DNA from: an uncultured delta proteobacterium
GTDB lineage: Bacteria; Desulfobacterota; Binatia; UBA9968
Direction: 5' to 3'
Length of the DNA: 64,000 nt
NCBI GenBank assembly: GCA_963760795.1
Contig: CAVXEP010000029.1
Location: 320,001 to 384,000 of the forward strand
A model generated the notes under the pieces. That model saw only the letters and a list, made by a program, of their open reading frames with translations, had not been told where the DNA came from and ran no database searches. Position 1 is the stretch's first letter, and every line of letters begins with the position of its first letter. Of this stretch, positions 57,292 to 64,000 are shown in pieces. Position numbers and translations under genes: made by a program.

Positions 57292-59079
57292 TTAGATCAG
57301 TGAATGCAACTTCCTAACTAACACACTGATCTCCTCAAACCCCTTCTGCCAAAACTCTCGCTGGTGAATATCGACGCCGAGTGGCTTGAGTAACGCATCC
57401 GGCGTGTCCGAGCCTCCAGCTTCTAGTAGTGCAACATACTTGGGCACGAAGCTTTTGCCCTCGTCTTTATACATTCGATACAAGGCTAGGACCAACAACT
57501 GGCCGAAGACGTAGCTGTAGCAATAAAAGCGCGAGTGGATGAAGTGAGGGATATAGCTCCAGCCCCAGCAGTAGCTTTCAGGCATGGTGACGGCGTCGCC
57601 GTAGTACTGGCCGTTGGCTTGGAGCCAGAGGTGGCCTAATTCCTCCGGTGTCAGACGTTTTCCTTGTCTTGCCGAGAAAGCGAGTTCCTCGAAGCGGGTC
57701 AGGACATTTTGCCGGAAAACGGTGGCGAAGATGTCTTCGATCTTGCCGGCCAAGAGCGCGATCTGCACTTCTCGATCGCTTTGCCGCTCAAGTAAATAAT
57801 CGAACACCAACATTTCGCCGAACACCGAGGCGGTCTCGGCTGTTGTGAGGGGGGTGTCGTAGTTGAAATAATTCTGCTTGCGGCTCAGACAGCCGTGCAG
57901 GCCATGGCCTAACTCATGGGCGACGGTCATGACATCGCGCAGGTTGTCGTCGTAGTTGCACAGGACATAGGGATGGAGCTGTGGCGAGGGCGAGGCGCAG
58001 AAGGCGCCGCCGCGTTTGCCTTTACGGATTTCCGCGTCGATCCAATTGTTGGCGAAAAATTCGCCGGCGAGGGCGCGAAAGTTCGGGTCGAAGGCTGCGA
58101 AGGCGTTAAGTATCGCTTCCTGCGCTTTATCGTAAGGGAATGGCCTGACTTCCTTGCCGACAGGCGCGTACTGGTCGTAGAGTGCGAGCTGCGGCAATTC
58201 GAGCAGCTTCGCTTTCAAGCGAAAGTAGTCATGGGCCAAGGGATAATTCTTTTCGCTGACCTCCATCATAGTTTTTACGGCGGCGCCGTCGATTTCATTA
58301 GATAAATTGCGCTGCTCCATCGGGTGTCGATAACTGCGCAAGCGGTCCACGGTCAGGTTGTCCTGGATCAGAGTATCGTAGATGAACGTCAGCACCTGGC
58401 CATGTTGCGACAGTTCCTGGTAAACCGTCTCCATGGCGCGTTGGCGCAGGCTGCGATCCGGCTCATGCAGCAACGAGAGGATCTGACTCAAGTTCAGCTC
58501 TTCGGTCTTGCCGTCCTTTTCCAGTTTGAAAACCAGCGACGAAGTAATTTCCGAAAACAGCCGGCCGAAGGCGTTGCGGCCAGTGTTGTCTTTTTCGTTG
58601 ATGAGTTTCTCTTCCAGTTCGGACAGCGTGTGCGGGCGATAGCGGCGCAGGCTGGTGAGATAATGTTGGTAAGGTTTGAGTTGCTCATCCTGGATCAACT
58701 TGCCAGCGATGTCGTCTTCGACCTTGAGCCAGGCCAACTCGAAGAACAGCAGCAGGTTTCTTATTTCTGTACTGCGCTGCTCGACTCGCTGGTCCAGGTC
58801 TTGATACTCTGGCTTGGCGGTGTCGGCGGCGTAAAGCAGACCGGAGTAACTGCCGACCCGACCGAGGGCTTCGTAGATAACCGCTAATTCTTGTAGGGCG
58901 TCGACCAGGGTTGCAGCGCTCAGCGTCGGTGGATTCTCCAGCGCCGGCCGATAGCGCTCGGCAAACTCCAGCGCCCGAGTGCGGCAGTCGTTTAGGGTCG
59001 TTGCTATTTTTTCGTCGTCATGGGCGGCAAAAAGGTCGCTTAAGTCCCAGCGGATTCCCGCCGCGCTGTTGTTGGCCAT
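57292..59079 (-). CDS. pepF: M3B oligoendopeptidase F
   Basis: WDLSDL, GKRGGAFC, AHELGHGLH, AETASVFGE, PHF..FYCYSYVFG. Confidence 0.92.
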   Translation of the reverse strand: MANNSAAGIRWDLSDLFAAHDDEKIATTLNDCRTRALEFAERYRPALENPPTLSAATLVDALQELAVIYEALGRVGSYSGLLYAADTAKPEYQDLDQRVEQRSTEIRNLLLFFELAWLKVEDDIAGKLIQDEQLKPYQHYLTSLRRYRPHTLSELEEKLINEKDNTGRNAFGRLFSEITSSLVFKLEKDGKTEELNLSQILSLLHEPDRSLRQRAMETVYQELSQHGQVLTFIYDTLIQDNLTVDRLRSYRHPMEQRNLSNEIDGAAVKTMMEVSEKNYPLAHDYFRLKAKLLELPQLALYDQYAPVGKEVRPFPYDKAQEAILNAFAAFDPNFRALAGEFFANNWIDAEIRKGKRGGAFCASPSPQLHPYVLCNYDDNLRDVMTVAHELGHGLHGCLSRKQNYFNYDTPLTTAETASVFGEMLVFDYLLERQSDREVQIALLAGKIEDIFATVFRQNVLTRFEELAFSARQGKRLTPEELGHLWLQANGQYYGDAVTMPESYCWGWSYIPHFIHSRFYCYSYVFGQLLVLALYRMYKDEGKSFVPKYVALLEAGGSDTPDALLKPLGVDIHQREFWQKGFEEISVLVRKLHSLI

Positions 59080-59209
59080 AGTGAAGTCCTTTCGCTTGAG
59101 CCTGTTATGCCTATTTCACGGTGAAACCGGCCGGAGTCAAGTTGCGACTTGGCTATTTCAGTGTATATGATGGCCGGAATTTTTCCGCTAATTTGAAAGG
59201 GGTATTTCC

Positions 59210-59920
59210 ATGGCTGAATTAACTGAACTCAAAAAGAAGCTGGCGATGTCGTCGCGCATGCTGTTTAACTCCGGGCTGGTCGATTACAGTGGGCATGTCA
59301 GCGTGCGCGTCCCCGGCTCCGATCACTTGCTAATTTTGCCGCATCCGGTGAGCCGCGCGACCGTTAAACCTGACGATATGGTGGTCACCGACTTTGACGG
59401 CAAAGTGATCGAAGGCAACTACAAAGCGCCGTCGGAAGTTTTTATGCACGCGCGCGCCTACAAAGCGCGCAGCGACATCCAGAGCGTGGCCCATCTGCAC
59501 AATCACATGGTGGCGACGCTGAGCATGGTCGATAAGCCATTTTATCCAGCTTCGTCCAATCCCGGCGCTTTCTTCGGTCCCGGCGCGTTGCCCAAGTACA
59601 TGGACCCGGCGCTGATTCATACCATTGAGCAGGGCGATGCCGTGGCCAAGGCGCTCGGCAAGGGCGATGCCTTGATGCTACGCGGCCATGGGTCAATGGT
59701 GGTAGCTCAATCGATCGAGTGGGTATTTGCCGCCTGCGTCGATCTCGAGGAAGCGGCGGCGCGCTTCTACAAGGCTGCGCTGCTGGGGCCGGTGCTGGTT
59801 TACAACGAAGATGAAACCCAGCGGGTCATGAAAGGCCGGCGCAAGGACTCGGTTGTGCAAAAAGTTTGGGATCACAACGTGGCTAAGACTAAATTAGTCG
59901 GACTCTTGAACGGCATCTAA
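59210..59920 (+). CDS. Class II aldolase/adducin family protein
   Basis: SGHVSVR, PSEVFMH, AHLH, LRGHG. Confidence 0.88.
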   Translation: MAELTELKKKLAMSSRMLFNSGLVDYSGHVSVRVPGSDHLLILPHPVSRATVKPDDMVVTDFDGKVIEGNYKAPSEVFMHARAYKARSDIQSVAHLHNHMVATLSMVDKPFYPASSNPGAFFGPGALPKYMDPALIHTIEQGDAVAKALGKGDALMLRGHGSMVVAQSIEWVFAACVDLEEAAARFYKAALLGPVLVYNEDETQRVMKGRRKDSVVQKVWDHNVAKTKLVGLLNGI

Positions 59921-59953
59921 ACTAAGTTCACAAATCCGCTATTTACCCACATC

Positions 59954-59994
59954 ACCGGCTCCGGTCTGGGCTTCGCTCAGCTACCGGGGCCGGT
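59954..59994 (+). terminator. Hairpin, possible terminator
   Basis: ACCGGCTCCGGT..ACCGGGGCCGGT stem; no clear U-tract. Confidence 0.45.
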
Positions 59995-60131
59995 AAATCG
60001 CCGCCACTCTGGAACATTCTCGAACGCCGGTTCTCAATGGGGAACCCCAGCCAATTGGGTTTTTTTTCTTGCGCGCCACTATACCCGGTGTTATAGAATA
60101 CGATTCAAATAAATGAGGAGTGCGTTCCGAA

Positions 60132-60512
60132 ATGTACGATGATTTTCTTGCGAGGATTTTAGAACCAGATATTTTTCTGCCATCGCAGTTCTACGGCAAT
60201 GGCGGGTTGTCGCGCAAACTTGAGGGCGAAAAACGCTTGATGATTGCGATCTTGAAAGACGCGGTGGAGTGCTTGGAAAAATACCGAGAATCGCGCAGTG
60301 ATACCGGCAAGATCAGCTATCAAAACGCCATCGAGTGGGTTGAAGATACCGACACTGAGTGGCTCTATTCATTTACTAACATCTGCGATTTGTTGGGATT
60401 TGACCCCCACTATCTGCGTGAACAGCTTCTCAAGCGGGAAAACCGTTATATTAAACCGCTGCGGATGAAAACCCTCTCGTTAGCCTCGATGAGTGCTAGC
60501 GCGGCCCAATAA
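60132..60512 (+). CDS. Hypothetical protein, paralog of 50863-51318
   Basis: EPDIFLPSQF..EKRLMIAILKDAVEC..A.EWV..YSFTNICDLLGFDPHYLR; sigma70-like TTGCGC-N17-TATAGA upstream. Confidence 0.85.
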   Translation: MYDDFLARILEPDIFLPSQFYGNGGLSRKLEGEKRLMIAILKDAVECLEKYRESRSDTGKISYQNAIEWVEDTDTEWLYSFTNICDLLGFDPHYLREQLLKRENRYIKPLRMKTLSLASMSASAAQ

Positions 60513-60514
60513 GA

Positions 60515-61984
60515 TTACCGTTTACGCTCTCTTAGGGTTTTCATCTCTTCTTTAATCACCTGTCCGCGCGGCGAGCTTTCGCCGACGATCTTGAGCGCTC
60601 GTTCGAAGTCGGCGAGCGCTCGCTCGTCTTCATCCTGAAGTAACTGTGCACGGCCCAGATAGTAATAACCATCCCCGAGCCGGTCGAGCTTGCCGTAGAC
60701 CTGACCCAAGCGAAATACCGGTTTGTCCCACAATGGCGCTAGGTTTTGGGCATTCAGATAGGCTCCGGCAGCGCTCCGCAAGTCGCCGGTTTTTTCGAGA
60801 AACTCCCCGAGATAATAGTAATTTAGCGGTTCGTTGGGTTCGAGCACGATGGCCCGGTCGAAGGCTTTGCGGGCCGATGCAAAATCGCCGGTTTGACTCG
60901 ACAGCCGGCCGATTTCGCGAAGCAAACCAATATGGTCGGGCCGCAGCCGCCATGATTTCTCGTAGTTTTTCTGCGCTGCTGAGAACAAGCCCATTTGGAA
61001 CTGAGCGAAGCCGAGCAGGTGCAGCAGCTCGGCGTTATCGGGATCCTTTTGCACCAACTTCTCATACTCAGCGACGACCGCTTCGCGATTGGTGCGCTCC
61101 ATACGGATCAGAATCTGAACTTTCTTTAAGGTTTCGTTGTCTTCCTGCCGCGGACTAATGGGGCCGAGGGATTTGACGACCAACTCAGCATTGGCGACCC
61201 GTTCCTGAGTGAGTGGATGGCTCAATATATAAGCCGGAACATCGATCGGGTTGAGCGCGCGCTCCTGTTCCATGGTTTTAAGAAACGCCAGCGTGCCACG
61301 CGGGTCGAAGCCGGCGGCGGCCATATAACGGGTCCCTAAAGTATCGGATTCCATCTCCAGTTGACGGCTGTAGGCGGCTTGGCGGGTGGCGGCGACCGCT
61401 TGCCCGACGATACCCGCGGCCTGTCCGCCCGAGCCACTGCGCGCCAACAACACGGTGGCGAGCAAGCTCAATACCGATATCGCGTCCGGTCCCGATGAAC
61501 GTGCCATATGACGACCTTTGATATGGACGATTTCATGGCCGAGCACGCCGGCGAGTTCGTCGGTGGACTTCGCCCGTTCGATGAGACCGGTGAAGAGATA
61601 GATCGATCCGCCGGGGACGGCAAAAGCGTTTAGCTGCTGGTCTTCGACGACAAAAAATCGATAGTCGAATGAGAGCGGACCGGTGGCGCTGAGAATTCGC
61701 CGGGCGATGCGATCGACATAGCGTTCAACTTCCGGCTGATTGAGAAACTTGAAATACTTTTTGGCCTCGCGGCGAAACTCGCGGCTGATTCTGACTTCTT
61801 CGTCTTCGGCGGGCGGACTGACTGAGGGCATCAGGGGCGCCACCGAGCGGCAGCCCGAGCCGAGCATGGCGATCAAAAATAGCGATACGCAGCATGCAGG
61901 CCACCGGCGAAGGTGGCGCGGTGTTGTCATCATCGGAGTATAGAGAGCGGGTTGCATCGGTTCAAGGTTCAACCCGGATTGCAT
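60515..61984 (-). CDS. M48 metalloprotease with TPR repeats (BepA-like)
   Basis: NAFAVPGG, LGHEIVH, YSRQLEMESD, SHP..ER, C-terminal TPRs; lipobox-like LGSGC, so true start likely downstream. Confidence 0.9.
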   Translation of the reverse strand: MQSGLNLEPMQPALYTPMMTTPRHLRRWPACCVSLFLIAMLGSGCRSVAPLMPSVSPPAEDEEVRISREFRREAKKYFKFLNQPEVERYVDRIARRILSATGPLSFDYRFFVVEDQQLNAFAVPGGSIYLFTGLIERAKSTDELAGVLGHEIVHIKGRHMARSSGPDAISVLSLLATVLLARSGSGGQAAGIVGQAVAATRQAAYSRQLEMESDTLGTRYMAAAGFDPRGTLAFLKTMEQERALNPIDVPAYILSHPLTQERVANAELVVKSLGPISPRQEDNETLKKVQILIRMERTNREAVVAEYEKLVQKDPDNAELLHLLGFAQFQMGLFSAAQKNYEKSWRLRPDHIGLLREIGRLSSQTGDFASARKAFDRAIVLEPNEPLNYYYLGEFLEKTGDLRSAAGAYLNAQNLAPLWDKPVFRLGQVYGKLDRLGDGYYYLGRAQLLQDEDERALADFERALKIVGESSPRGQVIKEEMKTLRERKR

Positions 61985-62147
61985 AGTCGGGAGGTAGCCG
62001 CGCGGCCAAGCACAAGTCCGCCGCGGTCAAACCGCTGGTCCTCTGCTCTTTCAATATCGTCGATCCTATCGTTGGCGTGGCGGTGGTTGACGACCTCTGT
62101 GCAAGTCCTTATTCTCGTTCATCGATAAACCATCCTGAGGAGCTGCG

Positions 62148-64000
62148 ATGACCAACCGCTTCGAGATAGCTGCCGATAAACTCACCTGGCGCTGTGAATT
62201 GACCCAGCTGCCTTTTACTTGCACGGCGGAAATGACGCCGCTGGAAGATTTTATCGGCCAGGATCGCGCCATTCGGGCGATCGAGTTCGGCCTAGGCGTC
62301 AACAAACCGGGCTTTAATATTTTCGTCACCGGACTGACCGGTACGGGCAAAACCAGCATCATCAAGGCGTTTCTCAAGAAAGTTAACGGTGCGATAGCGG
62401 CGCCGGCCGATGCGCCGACGCCCGAGGACTGGTGCTATGTTTACAACTTTGACGATCCCGACCGGCCCGCTGGCGTTGAAGCTCCGCCGTGGTGCTGGCA
62501 AAGCGCTCAAGAGCGACATGGAGCAATTAATACAAACTCTCCAGCGCGACGCGAAGAAACTCTTCGAGAGCGACGAGTTCGCGCACCAGCGCCAGGGGCT
62601 GATCGAACAGCTGCAAAAGAAACAGCAGGAGATGATGGAAGGTCTGATGGCGCAAGCCGGACAAGCCGGATTCGCCCTGCGCATGACGCCCTCCGGGGTC
62701 GTGCTACTGCCGACGAAAGACGGCAAGCCGATGCCGGAGGCGGACTATCTCGCGTTATCGCCAACCGAAAAAAAACAGTTGGAGGAGCGCCGCAGCGAAA
62801 TCGAGAAGCAAGTCGAAGATACCCTGCGCGACGGCAAGAAGCTCGAGCGCGAGATTGCCGCAAGACTGGAGACTATGGAGACCGAAGCCGGCGATTATTT
62901 GGTGCGCAATCCATTGACCGAGCTCAAACAAAAGTATCAGGACTATCCCAGGGTTGTGGCCTACCTCGACGGCGTGCGCGAACATATATTAAAAAATTTG
63001 CAGCGCTTCAAAGGCGAGGCGGCGGCGCCGGCCGGTCCCATGGGCGCGATGGCCTACGGCGAACCGCCGGGAGATCCATTTCTACCGTACCGGATCAATG
63101 TTTTCGTCGACAACGGCGATACGCAGGGGGCGCCGATCATCGTCGAAACCAACCCGACTTATCACAATCTTTTCGGCGTCATCGAGAAAAAACCGATCAT
63201 GGGCGGTTACACCACTGACTTTACGCTGATCAAAGCCGGTTCCATCAGTAAAGCTAACGGCGGCTATCTGGTGCTTTACGATCGCGAAGTGCTCGCCAAT
63301 TCCGGCTGCTGGGAAGCGCTGCAACGGGTCATTAAGAATCGCGAGTTGCGCATCGAGGAGCCGGGCGCCTTCTTTGGCTTCGTGCCGCCCCAGGGGCTGC
63401 GGCCGGAACCGATCCCCACCGATACTAAAGTGATCATGATCGGCGATCCTTCTCTCTATCGCATCCTGGCGACCGCTGATCCCGACTTCCGTGAGACGTT
63501 CAAGGTAAAAGCCGATTTCAATTTTGAAGTCGACCGCACCCAGGAAAATATCACGGCGTTCGCCTGTTTCATCAGCGACTATTGCAAACGGGAAGAGATC
63601 CGCCACTTCGATGCCGGCGGTGTTGCCAGGGTGATCGAGCAGTGCGCGCGCCAGGTCGAGGACCAGAATAAACTATCGACCCGCTTCAGCGACATGGTCG
63701 ATCTTTTGATCGAGTCCGATTACTGGGCGGGCAAGGAGAAGGCCGAACTGGTTTCCGGCAAGCATGTCGAGCGCGCCCTGGTGGAAAAAACCTTTCGCCT
63801 CAACTTGGTCGAGAAGCGCCTGCAAGAGCTGATCGCCGAAGGCACGGTGCTGGTGGCTGTCACCGGCGCGGCGGTCGGTCAGGTCAACGGCTTAGCGGTG
63901 TATCAGATGGGCGACTTTAGTTTTGGCAAGCCGTCGCGGATCACGACAAAGACTTTCATGGGCCGCAGCGGCATCGTCAACATCGAGCGCGAGGCGAAGA
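62148..64000 (+). CDS. Lon-like ATP-dependent protease (LonC/AAA_32 type), +1 frameshift at ~62467, runs off window
   Basis: IGQDRA..FG, GLTGTGKT, DWCYVYNF; next frame continues ETNPTY.NLFG, IKAGS..ANGGYL, VGQVNGLAV, FGKPSRIT. Confidence 0.88.

Overview
Bacterial chromosomal window, GC-rich in coding regions. The expanded NMT1/THI5-type binding proteins, amidohydrolases, class II aldolases and a 'PD..PxQ..LM.AVL.DAV' hypothetical family suggest Candidatus Binatia/Binatota (inference only). No rRNA, tRNA, CRISPR or intact transposase was found. Layout: (1) 1-10.1 kb is an AT-richer stress island with two GlrR/NtrC-like sigma54 activators, at least five -24/-12 promoters and many small proteins (DUF1328 x2, CsbD-like, PRC-barrel, PsiE). 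(2) TPP riboswitch-thiS-thiG-thiE. (3) holA-PLD nuclease-OB-fold and a DD-carboxypeptidase. (4) A MarR-adjacent operon: CCG Fe-S oxidoreductase, nucleoside phosphorylase, MtnA with a duplicated domain, aldolase-SCP2 fusion and acyl-CoA ligase. It resembles a DHAP-shunt pathway adapted to a lipophilic nucleoside. (5) PaoABC-like Mo-oxidoreductase. (6) Two LAS-metallopeptidase-like paralogs flanking a sigma54-driven Flp pilin. (7) glgP, mltG, moxR. (8) Two diverged copies of an unexplained ~170-200 nt structured non-coding element flanking a CxCH cytochrome c and panE. (9) RibBX between fmdB and crcB pseudogenes, ECF-promoter-driven degP, tandem binding proteins, pepF, BepA-like and Lon-like proteases. 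Four otherwise intact genes carry five single +1 insertions, probably sequencing errors. All calls come from motif reading by eye, not database searches.
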